A DNA stretch of 62,917 nt, filler included, from Reticulomyxa filosa (lineage: Eukaryota; Protista; Foraminifera): assembly GCA_000512085.1 (NCBI GenBank). It is 20 parts of 20 records of this genome, joined end to end, with 100 filler letters (N's around TTAATTAATTAA, not from the genome) between each part and the next. Parts side by side here need not be neighbours in the genome. Positions count along the whole stretch, not along the records: positions 50,200 to 55,227 come from ASPP01025798.1; positions 55,328 to 56,933 come from ASPP01019645.1; positions 57,034 to 62,917 come from ASPP01005236.1; 17 more parts are not named here. One strand, 5' to 3'. Of this stretch, positions 50,451 through 62,837 are shown one piece after another. The position numbers were made by a program, and so were the translations under genes. Positions within the stretch are counted from its first letter, which is position 1, and each line of letters begins with the position of its first letter. The notes under the pieces are model-generated. The model saw nothing but the letters and a program-made list of their open reading frames with translations, had not been told where the DNA came from and did not search any database.

Positions 50451-51926
50451 ATGGCGAGCGACAGTGATTATTTGTTGAAAGTGGTGATGGTTGGAGACTC
50501 TGGTGTGGGGAAATCTTCCTTACTGAAGCGATTTGCAGTTTAGTAACTGGAATTGAAAAGAAAAGAAAGGAAAACATAGCACGAAAGCTTTGTTTGTGTG
50601 AAACACATAGAACCGAGAGTTTACAGGAGACTATATTTCTACCATCGGTGTCGACTTCGAAATCAAGGCATTGGAAATTGATGGAAAAACAGTGAAATTA
50701 CAAATATGGGACACAGCAGGTATATGTACATGTGTATATAAAAAAAAGATTATAAAAACGACACAACAAATAAAAAGAGTGATGTCGTGTATTTTTAAAA
50801 TGCATTGATTGTGCACAGGACAAGAAAGATTTCAAAACATCACCACAAGCTATTATCGTATGAATAATTTTTTTTTTTTTTTTTTTTTGGTGGCAATTTC
50901 AAGGAACTAATAATAAGAAGAAGGACATCCCAACAAATAAATAACAATTACAACAACAAAAAAACATTACATAATACATAATTGTTTTTGTTTTCTTTGT
51001 GTTTGATCTTATGTCGTTGCCGGGTCACTCAATCAAACGCTCAACTGTGAATCGACTTTGATGTATGGCCTCGCTCCGTTCTTGCCGATCGCGATTCACT
51101 TATTCCACGAATTTTGTTGCTTCTTTTCTTCTCCCTCCCCTCCCCTCCCCTCCCTTCCGTCATGCTCCTTTTCCTGAACCTGCATTTATTTTATTTGCTG
51201 TTGGTCAACAGGGGGAGCACATTGCATCATTGTATAAGAGAGAGACACTATATATAATTGATACTTCCTTACAAAAAGGCCTTTTTTTTTTTTTTTGCCT
51301 GCTTTTTTTTTTTAAAGTGTATATCTCCTCTCTCTTCACAAATAAACAAACAAATACATACAGCTGGTTTATGATATAACGCAAGTGGAAACCTTTCAGC
51401 ATGTGCACAAATGGTACAAACAAATCCAAGAACATAGCAACTCCAATGTTCAAATTTTATTGGTTGGCAACAAATCAGATTTGGCTGAAAATAGACAGGT
51501 CCCATATGAAGACGCGGAAGAAATGGCGAATCAATTGGGTGTATCTGTTTTTGAGGTTTGTTTTTTTTTTTTCTCTCCCTCCTTCCCCTCCTGTTGCCCC
51601 TTTCCAACGTAATGGAGAAAGATGGACAACAAAATCAGTGTGTTACGATGTGTCACATAGGCCTCGGCAAAGGATGGAACAAATGTCGACCAAGCATTTT
51701 ACCATATTGCAAACCAGGCCATCCAAAACAAGTTACGCTGATCTCTCTCGACCTTTGTTTGTATCGTAAAAGAGAGTACGAACAGTTATTTGCTGTGTTC
51801 TCATTTGGGGGGGTTTTTTGTGCGACATATTTTCTTCAGAGTTCACAAAGTGCCGAAACTGAAGCCAGACACTGTAGATTTGAAACAAAAACCAAAAGAA
51901 CAAAAAAATCAGGTGGATGTTGTTAA
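50451..51926 (+). CDS. RAB1: Rab1-like small GTPase, 7 exons
   Basis: Spliced: [24 protein letters not shown]|[16 protein letters not shown]...IWDTA|[14 protein letters not shown]|GAHCII|LVYD...LVGNKSDL...FE|ASAK...|...KSGGCC* (prenylation motif). Confidence 0.88.
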
Positions 51927-52408
51927 AACAAATAAAGTGGACTTTTTTTCAATTTACTTTTGCATGAAATATGTCATCTAATTATTTTTTTTGTGTTTTG
52001 CTATCTTTCTTGTTTTCAAAAAGTTGATTACGATTTAATTCAATTCAAGCTTACCATCATTCTCAATGCTAACAAATTCTGTGTTAATTTCTGAAGCGCA
52101 TAAAAATTAAGATGTACAAGTTCCTGTTATCTAAATCTTGCGAATTTCCTTACTAAACATTTTCACATCTATAATTTGTGTTTTCAACACAGTACGTTGA
52201 AATTAAAAGATTTGTTCACTATTGACATGTAAAAATTGTTAATTTGTTGAACAGAAACAAGGAAAATGTTTCAATAATGTCTTTTTTATAAAAAATTTCT
52301 ATCAATTGAGTCTGCTCTCGGGACAATCTTAATTTTTCGGGTTAAACTAAAGATGTTGAAAAAAAACTGGTTTTCAAAAAAAGAAAAGTGCTTCTGATTT
52401 CATTTCAA

Positions 52409-53835
52409 ATGACAAGTTGGAAGATCTCTCCGAATCATGGGGTATATGCTGCTTCGCTTTCCTTACCTGTGCTGTATTGGTTATATAATGCCTACCATAT
52501 CCACCGTGTCTTAACAGACTACAACCAAACAATCGAGCAAAACAAGCCCAAAAACTTGGATAAAGTCCAAGACCCCAGTGATTCCGGAGCAACGATGAGT
52601 GCACCCAAGGAATTGGATCGGGAGATAGTGAAAAAAGAGGACGTGAACCGCATAGCATATGATTTTCTTTACACAAACGCCAAAGAGAACCACATAACCC
52701 TCATGATGGATTTGGCATATTTAATGGAGAAGCACAAAGGGGTGGAGCTGAATCAATTATTTTTATAATGAGTGGCCGAGCAGCCACACTGCAATTATGT
52801 CATCCGGTAGTTGCTGTAGGCATGGTGGAGCACTCTTATCTCCGGCGTTATATGCCCAAGGAGGATGAGAATGAACATGATCAAGCAACGGCAATGAATA
52901 CGTTTCGTTCCAAAAGGTTCTACGGAACATTCCAGTATATTTTTCCAATTTCATTTGGTGACCGCACGCGTGCATTCAATTCTTCCAAAAAAGTGGCCAA
53001 TTTGCACGCCAAGATCAAAGGAAAGTTTACGGAAAACGTTGGAATATATCGTCGCGGTGACGAATACAACGCATTTATGAAGCATAGTATCATTTGGGTT
53101 GGCTTCACGTTATTCGAATCACAATTCTTATGTCGAGATATGTTTCTGAACAGTGTGTCTCAATACTGTCAAAAAGAAGCCAATCAAAAACTTAAAGAAG
53201 AGGTTTGGAAAAGTGCAATACCTTTCTTTTCTGCTTTTGGAGTGGAGCCTTCTGAGTCTGTTTCGTCGCACGATCAACAAAAACATGCGGGTAGCGATAA
53301 CATCAATATCAATGTCCTGCCAAGGACTTATGCGGAATGTGTCAAGTACTTAGCTCATATGTGTTACTGCGGTGAGTTGGCCGTTGGATCTCATGCCGTG
53401 CAATTACTTAAAAGCTTGAGTTGCCACAACAATCGCTCTTATTTGTCCAAATTCAAAATGTGGCTGTTGATGTGGCTAACCTCATTTACTCTCCCGAGGG
53501 TCGTTCGAGATAGTATCAATCGCCAATTTGGCTATAGCTTTTTGCCCACTGGCAAATTCGAATACGTCCTATTTTTGCTGTGGTGTGGTTTGGTGCGCAT
53601 ATTTTATCGCTGGCTGCCGGATTGCTTTCGATTATTACATGATTATTTGAGATTGAAAAGAAGTTACCAACAACAGAACGCAGAACATCAGAGCAGCGAC
53701 ACCGTTCCAACTATTCCAACCAAAACATTTAGTGACCCGCTCATTGACAACAAGCATACTCGTTTAGAAGCGGTTGGCGAATGGATGAGTGGGAGGATTG
53801 CTAATTCTATTGTTAGTTTTTCATTGAAAGCTTAA
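52409..53835 (+). CDS. DUF2236 / MpaB-rubber-oxygenase-like (globin-fold, putative heme) protein with an N-terminal membrane anchor; intronless
   Basis: SGRAATLQLCHPVVAVGMVEHS, KRFYGTFQY...SFG, VANLHAKIKG, YNA...WVGFTLFES, FGV...LPRTYAE match the DUF2236 pattern. ORFs 52388-52768 and 52768-53835 join if one T is added at 52760-52764. Confidence 0.78.
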
Positions 53836-54328
53836 TTTTTTTTCCTTTTTTTTCCTTCTCTGCAAGGAGCTGTGAAATTGTTGTAAAGTGTTATGATTGG
53901 ACGTGGGAAAACTTAGACCCTGTGCAATTGGATAAAAAATGTTTGTACTATCATTGATTCAACAACAAACTACTCTTTTTCTTTCATGCACTCTTGGAAC
54001 ACTAACCGGTGAAAAACAGGCAAATGTGATATTTTTGTACAAATGATTATGCCAAACATTATTTTAGCATGAGTGGTATAACACAAAACAACAAAAGTCA
54101 ACACCGGATAAAGCAGAGCCAATGGGGGTGTATACACAGTCTGGTCATCCAAAAAGAATAACAATTTTTAACAAAGCCGGAAAAAAGAGATAAAACTTTG
54201 TAATAAATGGACAATTGAAAAGTTAATATGCTTCAAACCTCTTTCTTTTGCCCTCTCCTAATGAATACTTTTGTGTAACTCTCAAAAACAAGTGCAAAAA
54301 AAAAAAGGATTGTTAACGGAGTGGTGTC

Positions 54329-55201
54329 TCAGTGGGGCAGAAATATCATTTCTGACAACTGAGAGAACTGCTCTGTTTTTTTCCATCTTCGAAATGCATT
54401 GACAAGTAAACGGAACATTTCGATTCCACAAGAATCAAAAGCACTAATAAACTTGAGTACAGTTGCCCTTTCCCATATCGCAACGTCGTCATTTGGTTTT
54501 TTTGCAATGAAATTCATAATATCATTCCTTTGGTCATGAGATATATTAATTGCATAAGGAGCATCACTAAGAATGTACTTGTCATATAACTGCTGAGCTT
54601 TCTCTCGCAGTTCTTCAATGAGCTCTTCCGTATTTGTAACAAAAGGAATGACTCTGGGATTAGGCAGGCTTTGAGATGTAATTAGCGACGTTCGACTATT
54701 CACACTATTTTTGGGGACATTGGCGTCTGTAGCAACATCATTTGCAGATAACTGAGCTTGATTATCAAGAAGAGAAGAACGTGGCAATGTAAGAGGAGTC
54801 ACAGCCTTTGAAAGAGAAAATCGATTCTTCATTTTGGAAATGAAAGTTTCGCTTTTTGAGCTATCCTCGGAGTGACCTAAAAGACTTGTTTCGAGGCTAT
54901 GGGTATCATTTTTATTTCTATTTTCTCCGTACAGTATATAGGATTTCGGAATGTCATTGGTCAAAGGTACCAATCGGTACAATTGAAGATATTCCACATT
55001 TTCTTCATCATAAAGTGTTTCCTCCTTAAAAAAAAAAATGCAAACAATTTAGAAAGAGTGTTAAAATGCAAACAAACAAAAAAAAGAAAGGTTTTTCTCC
55101 CATAACAGATGGAATGTGTATGCTATGTAACAACTTCTGGACTGCATATCTTTCAAATTGAATAAATTCGCATAATGACAGTCCTACTTCCATTGAAAAC
55201 T
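54329..55201 (-). CDS. RGS (regulator of G-protein signalling) domain protein, C-terminal exons
   Basis: FSMEVGLSLCEFIQF, then AQQLYDKYILSDAPYAINISHDQR and FDSCGIEMFRLLVNAFRRWKKT. Confidence 0.8.
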
Positions 55202-57051
55202 CTTTTTTTTTTTTTTTTTGTTTTTGTNNNNNNNNNNNNNNNNNNNNNNNNNNNNNNNNNNNNNNNNNNNNTTAATTAATTAANNNNNNNNNNNNNNNNN
55301 NNNNNNNNNNNNNNNNNNNNNNNNNNNAGCACGTATTAAAGAAAAAGTCATACTCAACCAAAAGAACACACTCATTGATATCTGTAATCTGGTGTCTCAA
55401 CAGTTGCATCTACTAAATATTTTTACACATTCAAACATCGCTTCCAAGATATCATACCAAGATACATGTGGATAGTCGTTGTCAAATCTGGAAGGCAATC
55501 AATCTCATTTGAAACAAATAATCCTCCAGACAAAGACACAAAGTCAAGTTCCACAAGATCCAATATCGATTTCGAATGGAAATGCGCTAAACAAAATCTT
55601 TATCTGTGTGCAAATATAACTCAGACGACGGTAATGACAGTCAGTGGCTCTATTTTCATGTAGCACTCATGCAATGTGCACAACCAAGTTATTCGAGTCA
55701 GTTGTGGGCTGTGTAATACGACAACATTGTATGTGGACTATGCTATTTATCAACACAATCATTGACATATACGGAAAAGTAATTGACACGTCATTGTTTG
55801 GCTGTATATTCCAATAACAAAACAAAAGACAGCAACCCAAAAGATTGTATCCAATTGAAACATTGGAACCCAGATGAAAGCGTCAGATATTGTGAACAAG
55901 TGGTTCAAAGTATCGTGTCAGCATAGGTAACAAGTATTCCATTAAAGATTGCATCTTTGGTTGTTGTACAAGCATTGAATACCTTCTCGATAACAAATGG
56001 TACCGGGTGCTGTTCGCAGGCAATGGCGCTGCTCAAATTGCTTGCCGTCCAAATTTATGTTGTTACAGAGAGAAAGCCATCATCACACCGACAATCATAA
56101 ATGCAATCGTGTTATGAGCCCCACCATCAAAAACAAAGGATGCGATTTCCATCAACTGAATTCATTTGCGACAGTTTAATTGTTCAACTGGTAAATATCG
56201 CAATTACATTCCAAAAATGGATTGCTTCGTGGTGAATCCACAAATCGATCCATACAATTAAAGAAAGGAACGAGAAAACCTTTCTGTGATTGTAATGAAT
56301 GTAAATGCGATTTTACCATTGGACAACGGCAGCAGAGAATTGTGGCGATAGTGAAGTGGTCGTTATTCCGCAGAAAATGTCCCTTGTGACATGCGATTTT
56401 GCATTCTTCAAGTTACAGAAAAAGTTTGTGAAATTGTTAGAAGTTCCATGTAATGGACGAAAGAGGACTATTTCAAACAGTCGACAAGTGGCAATGAATC
56501 GTGTGAAAGAAAAACGACAGCGTATCATTGCGAGGAAGTAGAATCTATCATGTGGAGCAAGTCATTTGTCCACGTCCACACAGAGGCAATTCGGATGAAG
56601 AGGACCAACAGAATAAATTCACTGGAGGTGTATATAGATGTTGCACATGGAGACGAGTAACACAAGTAGCAATGGAGTGTTATGTGTTTGAAGTCAAACA
56701 TAACTTTCACTCCCAAAATGAATTATATGAAAATATCCGACTGATTGGATATTATTGTTCGTCGCTTGTTTGCATGTATTTGATGTGATATGCATGTGCC
56801 TCCGATGTCACACACCAGGTGTACGGAAACGCTCAGTGATGCAAGTTGGTATGACGTCCATATTGGTTTGGTGGAAGATATGAAACTTATGACATGTCGC
56901 AATTCAATTGGTGTGCTATCAAAATTGGTTAAANNNNNNNNNNNNNNNNNNNNNNNNNNNNNNNNNNNNNNNNNNNNTTAATTAATTAANNNNNNNNNNN
57001 NNNNNNNNNNNNNNNNNNNNNNNNNNNNNNNNNTTTTTTTTTTTTTTTAAC

Positions 57052-58149
57052 GTTCAGCTTATTTATGTCCAACTCTCGTTTCATTTGTTCCAACTCAGCT
57101 CTGATATCTTCAGCCTCAAGTATTTCTTTATTTTCTTCGATCCATCTTTGTTCTATTTCCATCCATTCATCAATTTTTGTCTTCAAATGTATTGATATCC
57201 TATAGTTTTCATCAGACTGTCCAAGAATGTGCATAAAGGTATTGTCATCATTTAATACAGTAATACAACCTCTTAATGCAGTGGGCCAATTTTGTACTGA
57301 TATTGTCCATTTATTGTCTTTCATTGAATACTTGTAAATCTTTTTTGAAACATTAAAACCATCTTCACCTCCAAAAAATAAGATACAACCATTGATATAG
57401 ACATGTCCAAAAGAGCAAAGTGATCTCATAGCAGCACAAACACGCATTTCATGGAATTGAAAAATATTTCGTTGTTCATCATATTCAATGGACAATCCTT
57501 TACTTTTCGAAAATAACAACATGTGATTGCAATGTTTGTCTGCTGAAAGGAAGCATTGATGTTTTATATAACCATCAGTCGGTAAGATATAAAAATTAAT
57601 ATACTTGAGTGTATTCAAATCAAATACATCAATATTCTTTGGATGATAAGTGACAAACAATAAATGATCATTACTTCCACCAATTATTGCCTTCACACCT
57701 TGATAATCATCTTCATATCTTCCAATGATGATCTCTTTGCCATCATTATTTCTCAAGGCAACCCATTTATTTAAAGGATTGCTGTCTGTAATTTCATTGT
57801 CCCAAACACTTATGTATTTCATCACCAATGTATGCTTTCTTTGATTTCGTGGCTGTCCACCAAACGACAACAAGGTAATTTCATTTTGATTGCTATCTCC
57901 AAGACTTACTACGCAATGCCCAAATGATACAACGTTTTTTGGATAAGAACATATATACTTGTACTGATTTTTAATTGTATGATAGGAATAACATTCCTTC
58001 GAATCATAACTACCACAAATGAGAATTTCGTAGTTATATACCACACATTGAGCACGTCGGAGTGAAATAGGAGGAGAAGCTAATGTTTGAAAAGGGCTTG
58101 ATATGTCAGAGTTTAGAGTTTTTTCTATTTTCACGTCATTTAAATTCAT
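57052..58149 (-). CDS. Kelch-like beta-propeller protein (Reticulomyxa-type expanded family), 3'-truncated
   Basis: AQCVVYNYEILICGS..KECYSY, GHCVV...LLSFGG, KAIIGG, GHVYINGCILFFGG...IYKYSMKDNKW, MHILG, followed by a coiled coil. Confidence 0.85.
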
Positions 58150-58477
58150 CACAAAACGTAAAGGGGAGCTGCTGTTCAAAATACTAACTGATATGTGTTG
58201 AGCTTTTTAAAGAAGTTTTTTGAATTGTTTGTACCCTTTTTGTTGCTTTCTTAATTTTCGTAAAAATTAAACGTAATGAAAACAATCATTTAAATGTAAA
58301 GCGGTTCTTAATTAGTTTTAAGATATAGTTTTCAAAAATTAGTAAGAGTTACTGCAATAAACAGAAAATATCTTCACTTTAAATTCAAGCCTTTCTTGAT
58401 ACTGTTTAATACCTTTGTGTTTTGTTCTATTCTATTCAAACAATGAATTTTGGAACAGACTTCTTAAAGTCAAACCT

Positions 58478-59146
58478 TTAGAGTATCATTAAGCTTGAAT
58501 TACAAGTATCTTTTGATTTTGAAACAGCTTCTCTTAGTGTATCAAATTTTTTCGGTTGTAATGGAACATTTAAAATCGCTCGATTAACTCTTTGAATTTC
58601 GTGTGTTTCCATCTTTTTTTTTATCTCTTGCCATTTTTTGCTTTCTCTCAAATGTCTCTCCAACTGGAACATTTTACACACGCAAAAGCTAGTATCTTTG
58701 ATTTCTTGATTTATTTTGTTAAAGTCAACACTACTGTGATCATTTAGACGAAATGAAAATTTTTCTGCTTTAAAGTTTTCCAATGTTGTCAATTGCTCTC
58801 TTGTTGGAAATTGTGTGGCAATGCTTTTCATGTCATCTAAATTTCTGCGAAGTTCATTGCGTTTGAAAATTAGCTTCATGTGCTGGCGTCTCCAACTTTC
58901 AATTAGTTTTTTAATTTCTTCCGTGTCATACTTTTCAAGATCTTCCAGTTTGGCGTACGCGTCTAAGCGCTGTTGCAACACTTGGTGCCTTGTAAGAAAG
59001 GATTCCTCTTTGTTTTCACTGGATTTAGGCTCAACTATTTGGTTACAATAATTGGGCAGCTTTTCATCCCAATCTATTTCGTAATTTTTTCGGTTCAGCA
59101 GTGAAGAGCTTAACGGTGGATCTTTTAATTCTTTCGTTGTTTCCAT
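58478..59146 (-). CDS. Hypothetical coiled-coil protein, single exon
   Basis: Complete 222-aa ATG-to-stop ORF in AT-rich DNA; charged and helical-looking; no motif recognised. Confidence 0.6.
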   Translation of the reverse strand: METTKELKDPPLSSSLLNRKNYEIDWDEKLPNYCNQIVEPKSSENKEESFLTRHQVLQQRLDAYAKLEDLEKYDTEEIKKLIESWRRQHMKLIFKRNELRRNLDDMKSIATQFPTREQLTTLENFKAEKFSFRLNDHSSVDFNKINQEIKDTSFCVCKMFQLERHLRESKKWQEIKKKMETHEIQRVNRAILNVPLQPKKFDTLREAVSKSKDTCNSSLMIL

Positions 59147-59617
59147 GCCTCAGCGTCAAAAATAATAAGACGGTACACAAATATCAAATGACGTGGGCAT
59201 CTATATAATTAAAAGAGTTGACAAACTTTTGATATGTATATTAGATTTTAACATTGTTTCATAGAGAAAAAATTAATTTAGTGCATAAGTTATGATATCT
59301 TTGGATAAATTAAAAGTTTTAAATTTATTTTCAGCATAAAAAATTTTTAAGAAAACCTGACAAATGTGTTACACTTTGAAGATTATTTGTAATAATCAGT
59401 TTCTGTATTAAGTAAACTTGGACACAAGAAGGGAAGACAACACTCAATCCAAAAAGTTTTTTGTCTGATGTGTAGTTTTTCGATAAAATTGCACTAAGCC
59501 AAACAGATATGACGTCAATCATGAGCAAGTGTTTTCATGGATACAGTGAGAACAACAAACGTTTTTCAATCTTTCTGTTTTTTAAATTCAACTGAGAACC
59601 GGTAGTGTAAAAAAAGT

Positions 59618-61957
59618 ATGGTCTGTTGCGAGGCATGTGATGGTTGCGCGAAGCGCATAGGCCTATGTGGATGTAAATCATACGATGGGAAACGATTTGC
59701 GGCAATAGAAACCAATCGTGCATGCACAGATCTCCCGTGGTGCGGAGTATTTTTTGGCTTTGTTGTATTTCTTCTTGCAGGCGTATGGATTCCTGCCTTC
59801 AGCAAAGGAGATGTGAACAGATTAATAAATGGTGTGGATTTTGCAAATCGAATATGTGGCAAAAGTGACGGGGTACGAGACAAGCCTTTGGCATATTGGC
59901 CTGCGCCTACAGAAAGTTATCGCTTTAAAGTGTGCACAAATGACTGCAATGTCACTTTAAACTCAGATTATGTCGACACGCAGTATCCAACCAAAGAGTA
60001 CTATGGACGCTATTGTTTGCCAACCAAGGCGTCCAGTGTATCCATTACTGGATATGACACCATATCCAACCAATTTTCAAGACAATTTAGCGACGTTGAG
60101 AACAGTTTAACTATAATTGGTCTATCGATACCTATTGCCGCTGTTATGGCATTTGTTTACATTTGGTTGATGAAACAATGTGTCGGATTTTTGGTGTGTT
60201 TATCCTCACATACTCTCTTATTCCATTTGAAAACAAAAGAACAAAAAATTTTTTATTATCCCTTTTCTTCTTTTTTCAAGCACCGAATACCAAAATTTCA
60301 AAAGTTACTTTTTTTTTTTTGCAACGTGTCAAACAAAGTGCACTTTTGCGTATCAATTTTTTGACGAATCATTTCGACCCCTTCCATACATCAATTCAAA
60401 ACCAGAGAGGCACGTTTAAGACAAAAACATAACAACAAAAAAAAAGGTTTGGTCAGTAATTCTTGCAATAATCGCTGGAGGAGTTGGCGGATCATACACC
60501 TTTTTAGTTCGAGCAAACAACTTGAGCAAAACTGGGGATGTGAATGCTGCCAAAGTACAACAGACTATTGGGTATGCATTTGCGACATTCACTTTCATCT
60601 TTACTATCTTAATAATTTTTGCACGTAATCGTATCCGCATTGCTGTTGCTGTCATTCGCTCTGCCTCACGTGCAATCGGAGATATGCCGTTAGTTGTTTT
60701 CTTCCCGATATGGCCGTTGGTTGTTTTGGTCGGAGTTTTCTTGGGTTGGATTTACGCAGCTGTATTCATTTTCAGCACTTCACGCCTTTCAGAACACACC
60801 AGTCCAAGTGGATTAGTTGGTAGGTTTACAAATTAATATGTTAGACGATGTTGACATAACAGGGGGCTGGAGCAAAAAAAAAAACGTGTGAACTTTGACA
60901 GGTAAAACATTCGACGGAATAACAGTAGGTACAACATTTACAGCCAAAGATTATGACACAACCATACGCAGACTCTTTGCTCCGCATTTCTTTTTTTACT
61001 GTGGGTTACTCAAATTCTTGTATATTTTACTTTTACGGCTGTCGCTGGTGCAATTGCAAACTGGTACTTTACTGAAAGAGATACCAATGGAAAAAAATTA
61101 CGTGGCAGCAGTCCACAACAATTGCCAAATAATGCAGTAACTTTAGCCTGTTGGCGCACTCTTCGTTATCACATGGGCACAATTTTTTTTGCATCGTTCG
61201 TTATTGCAGCCATTCAGTTTATGAGATGGGTAGTTCGCTATTTAGAACGAATGACAAATGGAGGCAAAAAACCCAACAAATTGCAAAAAATTATTTTTCG
61301 CATGGTTGATGTTGAGTAGCTCGCTTGTGTGTTTGTCCCTTTTTAGCGTAAAAGGATGTCTGCTATAGTTAAACAAAATGCTATAATTATTTGTGTTTTA
61401 AACAGTGCTTGTTATGGTGCTTGGAATGCTGTTTGGACAAAGTAAGCCGAAATGCACTCATATTCACGGCCATTTATGGTGACGCGTTTTGTCCCGCGGT
61501 GTGTGACTCGTTTGCTTTGGTTTGGGCCAATTTGGTTCGTGTTGCAGCAATAACCTTTTTTAGTACAATTGTAACCGTGTTGGGAAAAGTATTTGTTCCA
61601 TTGGTGACAGTAGCAATATGTGGTATATCATTAATCTACGCCGAACCGTTCAAAAGTGACGTCACTAGCCCGATTTGGCCTTGTGTTTTTGTTCTCATTT
61701 TTGGAACGTGCATTGGCATGTTATTTATTGTAGTATACGATACTGCCATTGACACAATTTTCATCTGCTTCTTGATTGACGAAAAATATAATAAAACCAA
61801 TGGAAAAATGCTTGCTGACGATGACCTGCGAACGATTGTCCAACATTTTGAACAAGACTCTCAAAAATTAGCTGAGTCTGTTCAACGGAATCACACTGGA
61901 AATGCAAACACGGTACAAGAAGAAAAACACATACCCCCAACTGGAGTTGAAATATAG
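59618..61957 (+). CDS. Choline transporter-like (CTL/SLC44) protein, apparently complete, multi-exon
   Basis: RACTDLPW, GDVNRLINGVDFANRICG, GRYCLP, RNRIRIAVAVI, AGAIANWYF, RYHMGTI, CLLWCLECCL..VSRNA...AIYG.AFC, YDTAIDTIFICFLID. Confidence 0.93.
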
Positions 61958-62345
61958 AATAACGTATACATTTGCATGCAAAACTTTTTTTTTGTAATAA
62001 TGTTCAAGTTTTGTGAAAAATGTTTTTCTCTTTTTTCTCATTATATTTACTTAAGTTGCTTTGATTACAGCAACTTGTAACTTGTAACGCTTAATTGTCT
62101 AACTGACAAATTTTTTCTTTTACTCCGTTCGCGTGTATTCGCTCTTACACTTTTATTGCAATGTATATCCAAAAAAGCGTGTTAAAAAAATCTCCTAGAT
62201 TACACTTCTATCTTCTCAATTGACACGTAATTTTTCTTCTTTTTTGAATTAATTCTGGGATTTTACGAGTAAAATTACAAATATTGGATACATTACTGAT
62301 TAATTAAGTTTACACGAAGTAAAGTTTTTTTTTGGGGATGTAAAT

Positions 62346-62837
62346 GTGAAGGAGCCAATGTCAGAAAAACTATGCTTGATATCATTTTTGGCATTGATGA
62401 CCCCAGGGGTTATTTGTTTGTATCAAGATATGTTACAACATTTGCCATGGTTGCCGCGAATATGTCAAGGCGTGGGCCAAAGCCGTCAATCATCAACAAA
62501 ACAGCCAAAATCGCAAACGAGTAGTGATCAAGTTTCCCCAGTGATGGCATCAATAGAACGTGAAACGACTAGCATTTGCATAAAATATGGGGAAGAAGCA
62601 GGGCGAGAAGTAGCAGCAGAAAAAGAGGCGCAATCGGAAGAGCAAGCAAAAGTAGAAATTGAAATAGAAGCAATAACAACAGCAGAGACCGAATCCGGAT
62701 CAGAAACGGAATCAGAAAATGGTCTAATAATCAATGAAGAGGATACGTTGTATCATAGTTTGCTCCCTTCAAAAAGCATAATAAATGAAAGTCACTCCAT
62801 GTTACGAGAAAGTGCAAAAGACAATGGTATGAAATAG
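62346..62837 (+). CDS. Hypothetical protein or exon with an acidic low-complexity tract
   Basis: 163-codon open frame with an E/T/S-rich segment; no recognisable domain. Confidence 0.3.
   Translation: MKEPMSEKLCLISFLALMTPGVICLYQDMLQHLPWLPRICQGVGQSRQSSTKQPKSQTSSDQVSPVMASIERETTSICIKYGEEAGREVAAEKEAQSEEQAKVEIEIEAITTAETESGSETESENGLIINEEDTLYHSLLPSKSIINESHSMLRESAKDNGMK

Noticed and set aside
25155-55201. A 7TM + G-alpha + RGS + Rab gene cluster, or a ubiquitin-ligase cluster (RING, CTLH, HECT)
   Set aside because: These genes lie on different contigs separated by artificial spacers; only the 7TM/G-alpha pair is physically linked.
1323-57033. Recurring TTAATTAATTAA palindromes as a CRISPR-like or biological repeat
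   Set aside because: Always centred in exactly 44+44 N; an artificial six-frame-stop joining spacer.
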